Source of the DNA: a plasmid
Sequence record: NZ_CP064116.1
Direction: 5' to 3' (one strand)
DNA: 64,000 nucleotides
Position numbers and translations under genes: made by a program. This document shows, in pieces, positions 23,027 through 33,329 of this stretch. The number at the start of each line of letters is the position of its first letter. The first letter of the stretch is position 1. The notes under the pieces were generated by a model. It did no database searches. It saw only the letters and a list, made by a program, of their open reading frames with translations, and was not told the DNA's origin.

Positions 23027-23153
23027 TGGTGGCTGGCGAGGACTCGAACCTCACATCCCCTTCCAATAGATTCAGTACCTAAACCTATTGGAAGGCCCTT
23101 CAAAATTGCTTATGAAGGGACCCAGGGAGCTCTACCAACTAAGCTAACCAGCC
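23027..23153 (-). ncRNA. tRNA-like element with an expanded internal region
   Basis: Read on the minus strand: acceptor 5' GGCTGGT, D-arm GCTT-AGTTGGTA-GAGC, then two hairpins (~75 nt) in place of an anticodon arm, T-arm GAGG-TTCGAGT-CCTC, acceptor 3' GCCAGCC, discriminator A, CCA. Total ~127 nt. Confidence 0.4.
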
Positions 23154-23969
23154 ATTAAATGCATTCCGGAGTCTATCAACCTCATCTTTATCTTGCAAGT
23201 AATTGTTGATTAATGTCTTTGTGATTGCATTGTCTTTACGAGGACCAGTAAGGTGTTTATATTTTATGCAAAGTGATTTTGCGATTTTTTCAATGTCTAA
23301 CATTTTTTGGCAGATATGGTGGGCGACCTGTTGGCATACCTGAGAATACAGAATTACATCACGTATTGTTAATTCAGCTTCTTTATTAACTTCATGCTTG
23401 TATTTTTTACTCATTTTAATTAAGTCAGATTCTGAAAACATTTCTTCCCAAAGATTAGTGTTTTCTCGGCTATGTGCGTTAATATTACGAACAAGTCTAA
23501 AGTAATCCAATAATTTTAAATCAAGTTCATCAATGTAAATTGACAACTCATTATGGTTTAATTTAGGATGCGTAATCTTACCATTTATTTTGTTCACATG
23601 AGCATGGTGAATTGCTCTACGTAGTATGTCTACATTATCAATATTGAATGACCGTTCATCACTATATATTTTTTTTGACAAGGAAATGTAGTCTTTCAAA
23701 AATGATTCTAGGCAGCTATATATAAATGCAATATGACTTTGTGTTACGTAGAGAGATGTTTTGTAAATCTCTAAATGTGCAACTTTTAGTTTTGCATTTT
23801 TATGCTTTTTAGTTACGTCTTCAATTCGATTAATGTTAATGCGGCCAGATTCATCTTTGCAAAGGAGTTCCTTTACTGCTACATCAATCAGAATTAAATG
23901 TGGGTTTACTGTCCCTAAAAGTTTTCTGAATTTTGTCTCAATAGATCGTGGCTGCATATCTTCTGTCAT
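23139..23969 (-). CDS. HEPN-like protein (AbiD/AbiF Abi_2-type R-x4-H motif)
   Basis: 276 aa from an ATG with AGGAGG 10 bp upstream. ~30% GC. Motif YFRLVRNINAHSRE (R-x4-H). Its 3' end overlaps the tRNA-like element. Confidence 0.45.
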   Translation of the reverse strand: MTEDMQPRSIETKFRKLLGTVNPHLILIDVAVKELLCKDESGRININRIEDVTKKHKNAKLKVAHLEIYKTSLYVTQSHIAFIYSCLESFLKDYISLSKKIYSDERSFNIDNVDILRRAIHHAHVNKINGKITHPKLNHNELSIYIDELDLKLLDYFRLVRNINAHSRENTNLWEEMFSESDLIKMSKKYKHEVNKEAELTIRDVILYSQVCQQVAHHICQKMLDIEKIAKSLCIKYKHLTGPRKDNAITKTLINNYLQDKDEVDRLRNAFNGWLA

Positions 23970-24102
23970 AGGTAACGCCTCCTGTGTTGAGATTGATTTT
24001 ATAAAATACACGGCAAAGATTAACTTCACTTTGATAGTCAGAGACCGTTTAAGCGAGTTGTGGGCTAAAGATAAATTATTATTGGTCTGAATCCTCAGGC
24101 CA

Positions 24103-24753
24103 TTAATATTCAACGATATCTTGCTTCACGGAACTTAAATCAATCTCTGGCTGTAAAATCAGGACAGTATAACCCATACTCACAGGCAATTTCTCAGTTT
24201 TGAGCCCGCACTGCTCCAATAATGGAAATATCCCGTCTGGAACGCCAGTTACACGCACCTCAAGTGGCAATATAAGATTTCCTGATTCTGTAAATGAGCT
24301 ATGGAGTTGAGATTTCTGTGTATACACAGCCGATACATCTGTACCGCATTTCCAACCATCCTGCCACTCGGTATCGGATAATAGGTGATCCTGCCAGCCC
24401 ATTGAACGTAGCGTGTCAATCATGCAGGTGAATCTAAACAGCGTGCTCTGATTGGCTAACTCACCAGAGCTTGCCAGCCAGATATACTCCACCTTGCTGT
24501 AAAGCCGTGCTGATGGCCCTTTCAGTTTCCCTTGTTCCTGTAACCAGATTATGTCAGGCGCCAGAGATTTAGGAAAAACCTTGCGTTTCTGAGCGGTTGA
24601 AAGCCACTGCATTATGAACATGTGTGTTTGAAGAGACGTGAGAGATCTTCCCTCTTTCCGTGCAAGCTTTACCGCTACGATGATGCACCAGGCGAGATGA
24701 GCTAGTTCAGTATCAGGGCGCTTAGTAGTTAGCTCAGTCAATACTTTCTCCAC
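24103..24753 (-). CDS. Hypothetical protein between the VasL-like gene and the HEPN gene
   Basis: 216-aa ORF with no recognised motifs. Same strand as its neighbours. Confidence 0.4.
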   Translation of the reverse strand: MEKVLTELTTKRPDTELAHLAWCIIVAVKLARKEGRSLTSLQTHMFIMQWLSTAQKRKVFPKSLAPDIIWLQEQGKLKGPSARLYSKVEYIWLASSGELANQSTLFRFTCMIDTLRSMGWQDHLLSDTEWQDGWKCGTDVSAVYTQKSQLHSSFTESGNLILPLEVRVTGVPDGIFPLLEQCGLKTEKLPVSMGYTVLILQPEIDLSSVKQDIVEY

Positions 24754-24914
24754 GACTGTTAAGGAAAATTTTAAGGCCGGAGATTATCATGAAATTGGTT
24801 GTTGGCGAACCGGCGAAATGAGGTCAAGTTTCGAGTTTCGAAGTAGGTAGGGATGAGGTGTATGAAGCCAAACCGGCGCGTCTTCATCATTACCTGGTAT
24901 GTCTAACCCAAAAT

Positions 24915-26261
24915 CTATTTTTGGTTGTTTGACGTGGCCATGATGTAGGAGTTATTCAGTTGCCTGAGCTGTAGATCTGCCCGGTTGAGCAGGTCTCGGG
25001 ACAGCGGTTGATCCTGCGGGGAATTTTGCAGTTGCCGGATTAATTCTTCAACTGGCACGCTTTCGTTTAAGGACTTTGATATAGAGAACACAGCAGTTTT
25101 AAGCTCACTAACGGTCAGGTATTTGCCCTTCTTCTCGTCGAGTTGATTAAGTCTGTCCTGAAGCGTCTGAAGCTCAGATACTCCCCTATACCAACCTGAA
25201 ATGGTGGCATTGGGCAAACTATTGGCTTGCAGCTTTGACCGCCAGTCAGCCGACACCTCCTCTGCAAATTTGGTGTTAGGGTAAAGATGGCGCGTTTGTT
25301 CTACCAACTGATTACCGTATTGCAATGGCCAATACGGTGGAAGAATGCTCAGTTCGTTCAGACGGGAAGTTAATTTTTTTGCATAGGTATCACTGGATTC
25401 AAGCCACGTCGGGGCGTCCTGGCGTAGCTTATCTACAGCCGGAAGAGGCATGCTGGACGGTAAAGCTGCGAGAGAGTTGTTCAACGCATCTTCTCCGGGG
25501 TGGCTGAATACTATTGGAGTAAAAATAAAGGCGAGTATGCCCAGTACGGCAGCTGTTAAAATACCGCCGAAGTAAGCCACTAATGGAGTGATCCTGGTGG
25601 ATGATTTTCTGATTACTTCAACTTCAACTGCTGGTTCAGAATTCACCACATATACCCAGCGCTGCCTATTCTGCCTTTCAGCCCTAACAGGTAGTGCTAC
25701 ATCTGTTAGATTGCTCTCTGTCTGGCTTGAGGGGACATCGCTATTCTCCAGCCTGATAGTTGTGTTTTGCAGCATCTGACGAAGCGGCTCAAATCCGCTT
25801 GCATTGTGGAGTTCGAGCCGTTGCAAGGCTTCACCTGTTGAGCTCAAAAGCCTTATGCCCTGGTTCAGGCCTGGTAAATCCTCCTTCTGAAGGGAAAAAG
25901 TCCGGTACAGCTGCTGAAGACGTTTACTCAGGCTGCTAAGTATTTCTATTCTGGCATGTGCAGAAGCGGGCCACATTGCTGACCATTGGTAGCGTATCAG
26001 GGCATCCAGAATCGCCATACCTTCATTGAAACCCTGTATACCCGCCTGTTGTGCCCTTGCCAGGGTATACCACGCAGCTGTCTGAAGCTCGACACCATTG
26101 GTATCGAAAAGGTTTAATGCCAGTTTTTCAACATTCCCCCAATTCACATCCGGACGGGCAGGATGGGAGAGTTTGGCAAGCTCATCACGTAGCGCTGAAT
26201 AATCAGGCATTGTGCGAGGATCGTTTCCGGTCTTGAGGTGGCGTTCGGTAGTGTTGGACAT
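24915..26261 (-). CDS. VasL/ImpA_N-family (type VI secretion-associated) protein with one TM segment
   Basis: 448-aa ORF. The N-terminus (…RPDVNWGNVEKLALNLFDTNGVELQTAAWYTLARAQQAG…) fits the ImpA N-terminal domain pattern. Central TM helix (LVAYFGGILTAAVLGILAFIF). Confidence 0.6.
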   Translation of the reverse strand: MSNTTERHLKTGNDPRTMPDYSALRDELAKLSHPARPDVNWGNVEKLALNLFDTNGVELQTAAWYTLARAQQAGIQGFNEGMAILDALIRYQWSAMWPASAHARIEILSSLSKRLQQLYRTFSLQKEDLPGLNQGIRLLSSTGEALQRLELHNASGFEPLRQMLQNTTIRLENSDVPSSQTESNLTDVALPVRAERQNRQRWVYVVNSEPAVEVEVIRKSSTRITPLVAYFGGILTAAVLGILAFIFTPIVFSHPGEDALNNSLAALPSSMPLPAVDKLRQDAPTWLESSDTYAKKLTSRLNELSILPPYWPLQYGNQLVEQTRHLYPNTKFAEEVSADWRSKLQANSLPNATISGWYRGVSELQTLQDRLNQLDEKKGKYLTVSELKTAVFSISKSLNESVPVEELIRQLQNSPQDQPLSRDLLNRADLQLRQLNNSYIMATSNNQK

Positions 26262-26391
26262 TGTGAAATCCGTATCGAATGAGGGTATGAGTTGATTAGA
26301 TAAACTGATGATTTTCCAGATGCTGCTGTTGTTTCAAGTGCCTGATCATCACTTTACCCTCTGGCATAAACTCGGTCCCATACCGTACAAG

Positions 26392-27211
26392 GGCACTGTT
26401 GCAAATAGTCGGTGGTGATAAACTTATCATCCCCTTTTGCTGATGGAGCTGCACATGAACCCATTCAAAGGCCGGCATTTTCAGCGTGACATCATTCTGT
26501 GGGCCGTACGCTGGTACTGCAAATACGGCATCAGTTACCGTGAGCTGCAGGAGATGCTGGCTGAACGCGGAGTGAATGTCGATCACTCCACGATTTACCG
26601 CTGGGTTCAGCGTTATGCGCCTGAAATGGAAAAACGGCTGCGCTGGTACTGGCGTAACCCTTCCGATCTTTGCCCGTGGCACATGGATGAAACCTACGTG
26701 AAGGTCAATGGCCGCTGGGCGTATCTGTACCGGGCCGTCGACAGCCGGGGCCGCACTGTCGATTTTTATCTCTCCTCCCGTCGTAACAGCAAAGCTGCAT
26801 ACCGGTTTCTGGGTAAAATCCTCAACAACGTGAAGAAGTGGCAGATCCCGCGATTCATCAACACGGATAAAGCGCCCGCCTATGGTCGCGCGCTTGCTCT
26901 GCTCAAACGCGAAGGCCGGTGCCCGTCTGACGTTGAACACCGACAGATTAAGTACCGGAACAACGTGATTGAATGCGATCATGGCAAACTGAAACGGATA
27001 ATCGGCGCCACGCTGGGATTTAAATCCATGAAGACGGCTTACGCCACCATCAAAGGTATTGAGGTGATGCGTGCACTACGCAAAGGCCAGGCCTCAGCAT
27101 TTTATTATGGTGATCCCCTGGGCGAAATGCGCCTGGTAAGCAGAGTTTTTGAAATGTAAGGCCTTTGAATAAGACAAAAGGCTGCCTCATCGCTAACTTT
27201 GCAACAGTGCC
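26392..27211 (+). mobile_element. tnp26: IS26 (820 bp) copy 1
   Basis: 14-bp terminal IRs ggcactgttgcaaa/tttgcaacagtgcc. Transposase ORF 26455-27159 (MNPFKGRHFQRDIILWAVRWY…, 234 aa). Flanking 8-mers differ (cgtacaag vs cgctggac). Confidence 0.95.
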
Positions 27212-27367
27212 CGCTGGACTCATAAGCCAGGAACGGCAGAGTCGTACCCTGTTCTGCAGGCCCTGCTATGCGCAGCTTGAGCAATTGATGGCCTTTCTGA
27301 CAGAAGAATGCTGCGCAGGCGGCAGCTGCAGTCTGTCACCCGCAAAGACTCCCGAAGAGACCCCATT

Positions 27368-28090
27368 GTGAACAACCTGACTGATGCCCTGAAAAATATC
27401 GATCCGGCCCTCCTGGACGCGCCGCTGACGGAAGATAAGCTGAAGGCCAGAGAGATAACGCATCCGCCCCGCATCCTGATGCTCTACGGCTCGCTGCGGG
27501 CGCGCTCTTACAGCCGGCTGACAACGGAAGAAGGTGCCCGGCTGCTGACGGCCATGGGCGCGGAGGTGAAAATTTTCAACCCGTCCGGCCTGCCACTGCC
27601 CGATGATGCGCCGGAGACGCACCCGAAAGTGGCTGAGCTGCGGGAGCTGGTTCTCTGGTCGGAAGGCATGGTCTGGTGCTCTCCGGAGCGTCACGGGGCC
27701 ATGACCGGCATCATGAAGGCCCAGATTGACTGGATACCGCTGACGTCAGGCGCGGTCCGCCCGTCACAGGGAAAAACCCTGGCCGTCATGCAGGTCAGCG
27801 GCGGCTCACAGTCGTTCAACGCTGTAAATCAGATGCGTATTCTTGGACGCTGGATGCGGATGATCACCATCCCGAATCAGTCATCCGTGGCAAAAGCCTG
27901 GGCCGAGTTTGATGAGGATGGCCGCATGAAGCCTTCTTCGTATTATGACCGCATAGTGGACGTCATGGAGGAACTGATGAAGTTCACCCTGCTGACGCGC
28001 GGTCGCAGTGATTATCTCACCGACCGCTACAGCGAAAGGAAAGAGAGTGCCGCGCAGCTTTCTGAGCGGGTCAACCAGCGCAGCATATAA
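27368..28090 (+). CDS. arsH: ArsH NADPH-dependent FMN reductase
   Basis: ORF 27308-28090. The conserved ArsH core ([15 protein letters not shown]…[13 protein letters not shown]) likely begins at GTG 27368. Confidence 0.8.
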   Translation: MNNLTDALKNIDPALLDAPLTEDKLKAREITHPPRILMLYGSLRARSYSRLTTEEGARLLTAMGAEVKIFNPSGLPLPDDAPETHPKVAELRELVLWSEGMVWCSPERHGAMTGIMKAQIDWIPLTSGAVRPSQGKTLAVMQVSGGSQSFNAVNQMRILGRWMRMITIPNQSSVAKAWAEFDEDGRMKPSSYYDRIVDVMEELMKFTLLTRGRSDYLTDRYSERKESAAQLSERVNQRSI

Positions 28091-28147
28091 AAAAGCCGGC
28101 AGATGCCGGCTTTTTCCACACTGTTATGCCCGCAGCCTGGTAAAAAA

Positions 28148-28576
28148 TCAGTGGCTGACGCGGTTCCCGTGCTCATCAATGACGGCTTCGCCGTCCTCTT
28201 TGGTAAACGCGCCCTGCTGCGGGTCCGGCAGTATGTCCAGAACCACTTCGGAGGGACGGCACAGCTTCGTGCCGAGCGGTGTCACTACCACCGGGCGATT
28301 AATGAGGATCGGATGAGCCAGCATGGCATCGAGCAGTTCGTCATTGCTGAAGCGGTCTTCTGCCAGGCCGAGCTGTTCGTACGGTTCGGTATTTTTGCGC
28401 AGCAGGTCGCGCACGCCGATGCCCATATCCGCAATCAGCTTCTTCAGCTCATCGCGTGACGGCGGCGTTTCCAGATACAGAATAACCGTGGGTTCGGCGC
28501 CGCTGTTACGGATAAGCGCCAGGGTATTGCGGGATGTCCCGCAGGCCGGGTTGTGGTAAATGGTAATGTCAGTCAT
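28148..28576 (-). CDS. arsC: Arsenate reductase ArsC (glutaredoxin-coupled)
   Basis: 141 aa, MTDITIYHNPACGTSRNTL… (catalytic Cys12). Confidence 0.85.
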   Translation of the reverse strand: MTDITIYHNPACGTSRNTLALIRNSGAEPTVILYLETPPSRDELKKLIADMGIGVRDLLRKNTEPYEQLGLAEDRFSNDELLDAMLAHPILINRPVVVTPLGTKLCRPSEVVLDILPDPQQGAFTKEDGEAVIDEHGNRVSH

Positions 28577-28625
28577 AAGCGGTACTCCGTAAAGGGGCTG
28601 CACGGGCGCAGCCCCGGGGTTAAAG

Positions 28626-29909
28626 TTAAACAGACAGGCGCAGGGCCAGCGCGGCCAGCGTGACAAAAAGCACCGGCAGGGTCATCACGATGCCCACGCG
28701 GAAGTAATAGCCCCAGCTGATGGTGATGTTTTTCTGTGCCAGCACGTGCAGCCACAGCAGGGTTGCGAGGCTGCCGATAGGGGTTATTTTCGGGCCGAGG
28801 TCACAGCCGATGACGTTGGCGTAAATCATCGCCTGCTTCACCACGCCCTGTGCGCTACTACCGTCAATCGACAACGCGCCAACCAGCACGGTGGGCATGT
28901 TGTTCATGACGGACGAGAGTGCCGCCGTCAGGAAGCCGGTGCCGAGCGTTGCGCCCCATACGCCGTGCTCTGCAAACCGGTTCAGGGCGGCGGAAAGGTA
29001 ATCAGTCAGTCCGGCGTTACGCAGTCCGTATACCACCAGATACATGCCCAGCGAAAAGATAACGATCTGCCAGGGCGCGCCTTTCAGCACCCTGCCGGCG
29101 TCAATCACGTGTCCTTTGCGGGCAACCAGCCAGAGAATAAACGCCGCCACCGCCGCCACCAGGCTGACCGGCACGCCGAGCGGCTCCAGAGCAAAAAAGC
29201 CAACCAGCAGAAGAACCAAAACCACCCAGCCAGCCTTAAAGGTTCGTGCATCCCGGATGGCTTCCCGCGGTGCCTTCAGCTTCGCCAGGTCATAGGTGAC
29301 CGGGATGTCCCTGCGGAAAAAGAGATGAAGCATCACCAGCGTGGCCGCAATGGAGGCAATGTTCACCGGCACCATGACGGATGCGTACTCGCTGAAGCCC
29401 AGCGTAAAGAAGTCAGCCGTTACGATGTTCACCAGGTTCGATACGATGAGCGGCAGGCTGGAGGTGTCAGCGATAAAGCCCGCTGCCATCACAAACGCCA
29501 GCGTGGAGCCGGGAGTGAATCCCAGCGCCAGCAGCATGGCAATAACGATCGGCGTCAGAATTAGCGCGGCTCCGTCATTGGCAAACAGCGCCGCCACTGC
29601 GGCACCCAGCAGAACGATATACGTGAACAGCAGCCGGCCCCTGCCGCCTCCCCAGCGGGAAACGTGCAGCGCGGCCCACTCAAAAAAGCCGGACTCATCG
29701 AGCAGCAGGCTGATAATGATGACCGCAATGAACGTGCCCGTGGCGTTCCAGACAATCTGCCAGACCACCGGAATATCACCGATGTGCACCACGCCGGTCA
29801 GCAGCGCCAGCGCCGCACCGATGACGGCACTCCAGCCAATGCTCAGCCCCTTCGGCTGCCAGATGACCAGTACCAGCGTCAGGATGAAAATCGCACCTGC
29901 CAGAAACAT
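28626..29909 (-). CDS. arsB: Arsenite efflux permease ArsB
   Basis: ~427-aa polytopic membrane ORF, N-terminus [22 protein letters not shown]. Confidence 0.85.
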   Translation of the reverse strand: MFLAGAIFILTLVLVIWQPKGLSIGWSAVIGAALALLTGVVHIGDIPVVWQIVWNATGTFIAVIIISLLLDESGFFEWAALHVSRWGGGRGRLLFTYIVLLGAAVAALFANDGAALILTPIVIAMLLALGFTPGSTLAFVMAAGFIADTSSLPLIVSNLVNIVTADFFTLGFSEYASVMVPVNIASIAATLVMLHLFFRRDIPVTYDLAKLKAPREAIRDARTFKAGWVVLVLLLVGFFALEPLGVPVSLVAAVAAFILWLVARKGHVIDAGRVLKGAPWQIVIFSLGMYLVVYGLRNAGLTDYLSAALNRFAEHGVWGATLGTGFLTAALSSVMNNMPTVLVGALSIDGSSAQGVVKQAMIYANVIGCDLGPKITPIGSLATLLWLHVLAQKNITISWGYYFRVGIVMTLPVLFVTLAALALRLSV

Positions 29910-30004
29910 ACCCGCTCCTATTGAATACAAATGCCTGTTAAACCGGACTGATAAATTTTCGATGCGTAATATATTCGATAATCCAGATATATACCGGTAA
30001 ATTT

Positions 30005-30358
30005 TTAAATGCAGACAGGCTTGCCGTTGGTGGTGGCGTTATCGCGTTCAGCCTGCCGGCTGAGCTGGCGGATATCATCCCGCTGGCAGAGATAAGCCTG
30101 TTCGATAACCGCCGCTGCCCACGCCGGCATATGAGGCGACAGACGATAGTGGATCCATTTTCCGTCCCGCCGGTCGGTAAGCAGCCCGTTTTCTCTCAGC
30201 AGAGCCAGATGCCGTGAGATTTTGGGCTGAGTTTCTTTCAGCACGGACGTAAGTTCACAGACGCAGAGCTCCCCTTTTTCGCGTAGCAGCAGCACGAGGC
30301 TGAGTCGGGTTTCGTCGGAAAGGCTTTTAAAAAGCTGCAGGGGGGACACGGGTGGCAT
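30005..30358 (-). CDS. arsR: ArsR/SmtB-family metalloregulator
   Basis: 117 aa with an ELCVCEL metal-binding motif and HTH. Confidence 0.8.
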   Translation of the reverse strand: MPPVSPLQLFKSLSDETRLSLVLLLREKGELCVCELTSVLKETQPKISRHLALLRENGLLTDRRDGKWIHYRLSPHMPAWAAAVIEQAYLCQRDDIRQLSRQAERDNATTNGKPVCI

Positions 30359-30834
30359 GGTGACTCCTTATTGTGACTGACCTGAGTGTACCTGTGAAAC
30401 TTTCTCCGTCAAATTTATATTCACTTAATCATATGTATGTGCGAACGCCGGACGAGCCTGAGCATGCAGAAGGACTTTCCGTCCGGATGCGCCTGACCGG
30501 CATTCCATGAACAGCGTTTTTGCCCTGCGCGTTGACCCCGTTAACAATTCGTGTAGAGTAAAAAGCGCTTTTTGCCGTGGTTCATCTGCCCGGCGGGCAT
30601 TTGTGGCCGGTACTGAACGTCTCTCATCCGGTCTTTCTGATTACCCGCGCTGCTCTGTCAGCCGTGAAGGAGTGATAAACACCACCATGCGTCTTACGCC
30701 ACCCTGAGTCGTACCCCTCCTCTGTCGCACTGAATAAACTTCGGCGCGCACTCAAAAACATCCCGTCTGCGGATGTGCTTTTTCGTACGTAAAATTTTTG
30801 CCCTCACGGGCTGACCGTAATCAAAAACTGAGAA

Positions 30835-32319
30835 ATGACTATGCTGCTGTCCTCGACGCGTAAGGACTGGCTGGGTAACGTCCGTGGTGACGTCCTTGCC
30901 GGTATTGTGGTCGCGCTCGCGCTTATTCCCGAAGCGATCGCCTTTTCCATCATCGCCGGAGTCGACCCGCAGGTCGGGCTCTACTCTGCGTTCTGTATTC
31001 CCCTGGTTATGGCCTTCCTCGGCGGCCGTCCGGCAATGATATCGTCCGCCACCGGTGCGATGGCGCTGCTGCTGATCACGCTTGTAAAAGACCACGGCCT
31101 GCAGTATCTGCTGGCGGCCTCGGCGCTGACCGGCGTACTGCAGCTGGCGGCCGGCTACCTGAAGCTGGGCAGCCTGATGCGCTACGTCTCCCGCTCGGTG
31201 GTCACCGGTTTCGTGAACGCGCTGGCCATCCTGATATTTATGGCGCAGCTGCCGGAGCTGACCAACGTCACCTGGCACGTTTATGCCCTGACCGCTGCGG
31301 GCCTGGGCATCATTTATCTCTTCCCGTATCTGAACAAAACCATTCCCTCGCCGCTGGTCTGCATCATCGTGCTGACCGCCATTTCCATGTGGCTGCACCT
31401 GGACGTGCGCACCGTGGGTGACATGGGCAAACTGCCGGACAGCCTGCCGGTGTTTCTGATCCCGGATATCCCGCTTAACCTCGACACGCTGATGATTATT
31501 CTGCCGTACTCGGCAGGACTTGCCGTGGTGGGGCTGCTGGAGTCGATGATGACCGCCACCATCGTGGACGACATGACCGACACGCCGAGCGATAAAAACC
31601 GCGAGTGCAAGGCGCAGGGCGTGGCCAACATCTGCACCTCCTTTATCGGCGGCATGGCGGGCTGCGCGATGATTGGCCAGTCGGTGATCAACGTCAAATC
31701 GGGCGGGCGCGGGCGGCTTTCCACGCTCACCGCCGGCGTGGTGCTGCTGCTGATGGTGGTGTTCCTGCGCGACTGGGTGTCCCGGATACCCATGGCGGCT
31801 CTGGTGGCGGTGATGATCATGGTCTCCATCGGCACCTTCTCCTGGCGCTCCATCAGCAACCTGCGCAGCCATCCGCTGTCAACCAGCGTGGTGATGCTGG
31901 CCACCGTGGTGGTGGTGGTGGCGACCGATAACCTGGCGTTTGGCGTGCTCACCGGCGTGCTGATTGCCTCGCTGAACTTCGCCACCAAGGTCGCCCGCTT
32001 TATGGCGGTCTCCTCTGAGCTGAAGGACGACACCCGCACCTATACCGTAGCCGGCCAGGTATTCTTTGCCTCATCCGATCGCTTTATGAGCCACTTCGAC
32101 TTCCGTGAAGCGGTGGAGCGCGTGGTGATTGACGTAACGCACGCCCACTTCTGGGATATCACCTCCGTGAGCGCGCTGGACCGGGTGGTTATCAAGTTCC
32201 GTCGCGAAGGCACGGAAGTGGAGATCAAGGGTATGAATGACGCGACCCGCACCCTCGTTGACCGCTTCGGAGTGCATGACAAGCCTGAAGAAGTGGAAAA
32301 GCTGATGGGTGGCCATTAA
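30835..32319 (+). CDS. SulP-family anion transporter with a C-terminal STAS domain
   Basis: 494-aa ORF with many TM helices plus a soluble C-terminal domain. Confidence 0.75.
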   Translation: MTMLLSSTRKDWLGNVRGDVLAGIVVALALIPEAIAFSIIAGVDPQVGLYSAFCIPLVMAFLGGRPAMISSATGAMALLLITLVKDHGLQYLLAASALTGVLQLAAGYLKLGSLMRYVSRSVVTGFVNALAILIFMAQLPELTNVTWHVYALTAAGLGIIYLFPYLNKTIPSPLVCIIVLTAISMWLHLDVRTVGDMGKLPDSLPVFLIPDIPLNLDTLMIILPYSAGLAVVGLLESMMTATIVDDMTDTPSDKNRECKAQGVANICTSFIGGMAGCAMIGQSVINVKSGGRGRLSTLTAGVVLLLMVVFLRDWVSRIPMAALVAVMIMVSIGTFSWRSISNLRSHPLSTSVVMLATVVVVVATDNLAFGVLTGVLIASLNFATKVARFMAVSSELKDDTRTYTVAGQVFFASSDRFMSHFDFREAVERVVIDVTHAHFWDITSVSALDRVVIKFRREGTEVEIKGMNDATRTLVDRFGVHDKPEEVEKLMGGH

Positions 32320-32337
32320 TTTACTGGAGAAAGCATC

Positions 32338-33165
32338 ATGAATAACACCGTTATTGCCTGCGTTGACGGCTCGCCGTCAACCCGGCCGGTCTGTGAGTAT
32401 GCTGCCTGGGCAGCCGGTAAACTTGGCGCGCCGCTGGCGCTGCTGCACGTGCTCGAAAAGAGTGAGACTCCCGCCGTGTCTGACCTGACCGGGAGCATTG
32501 GTATTGACAGCCGGGAGCAGCTGACCGAAGCGCTGGTCCGCGTCGAGGGTGAGCGCAGCCGGCTGCTGATGGCGCAGGGTAAGGCCGTGCTGGCCGGCTG
32601 TGCGGAGCTCCTGAAGCAGACCGGACAGCCGGACGCACAGCTGCTGCAAAAGCACGGCGCACTGGACGAAATCCTGGCGGAGCTGGGCGAAGTCCGGCTG
32701 ATGGTGCTGGGGCGCCGCGGGACGCAGAATCAGGTAGGCAGCCATCTGGAAAGCGTCATTCGCCTGCAGAAAAACCCGGTGCTGATTGTGCCGGAGACGT
32801 TTACGCCGCCGGCGCGGGTGATGTTTGCGTACGACGGCAGCAGTGAGAGCCGTAAAAACCTGACGCGCCTGACGGTCAGCCCGCTGCTGCACGGCCTGAG
32901 CTGTCATATCGTGATGGTCAACGGTGACATGTCAGCCCTGCAGGATGCGCAGGCTGTTCTTCAGGAAGCCGGTATCACGACCGAGACACGCCTGCTGGAA
33001 GACGAGTCCGTAACCGGGGCGCTGTGCCGCTACGCGGACGCCCATGATATCGACCTCACGGTAATGGGGGCCTGCGGGCACTCCCGGTTACGGCGATTCT
33101 TTATTGGCAGCCACACCACGGAAATGCTGTCTGAAAGCCGTCAGCCCCTGCTGATGCTGCGATGA
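32338..33165 (+). CDS. Tandem-domain universal stress protein (UspA family)
   Basis: 275 aa with two Usp-like halves (…LLHVLE… / …VMGACGHSRLRRFFIGSHT). Confidence 0.7.
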   Translation: MNNTVIACVDGSPSTRPVCEYAAWAAGKLGAPLALLHVLEKSETPAVSDLTGSIGIDSREQLTEALVRVEGERSRLLMAQGKAVLAGCAELLKQTGQPDAQLLQKHGALDEILAELGEVRLMVLGRRGTQNQVGSHLESVIRLQKNPVLIVPETFTPPARVMFAYDGSSESRKNLTRLTVSPLLHGLSCHIVMVNGDMSALQDAQAVLQEAGITTETRLLEDESVTGALCRYADAHDIDLTVMGACGHSRLRRFFIGSHTTEMLSESRQPLLMLR

Positions 33166-33329
33166 AACAGGCGGGCCTGATATCAGGCCCGCCTTCACAG
33201 GGGAAAGAGGATGACGGGTATGAAGGTAAAGGCGCGTTATTGCGGCGCATCCGTCCTGATACCGGTGGCCAGCAGGCTGGCGCCAAGAATGTAGACGGGG
33301 TCTGACGCTCAGTGGAACGAAAACTCACG

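Noticed and set aside
26437-26454. Upstream in-frame ATG extending the IS26 transposase to 240 aa (MLMELH…)
   Set aside because: The 820-bp IS26 boundaries place the accepted start at MNPFKG (234 aa). The extension begins inside the IR region and is an ORF-caller artefact, repeated at all four copies.
28746-29564. 272-aa + strand ORF and 219-aa ORF (29341-30000) overlapping arsB
   Set aside because: Arg/His/Gln-rich translations antisense to the well-conserved ArsB permease. Typical spurious ORFs in GC-rich DNA.
30694-31872. 392-aa minus-strand ORF rich in H/R/Q/G, plus 241-aa ORF (31314-32039)
   Set aside because: Entirely antisense to the SulP transporter gene. Composition is characteristic of a non-coding reverse frame.
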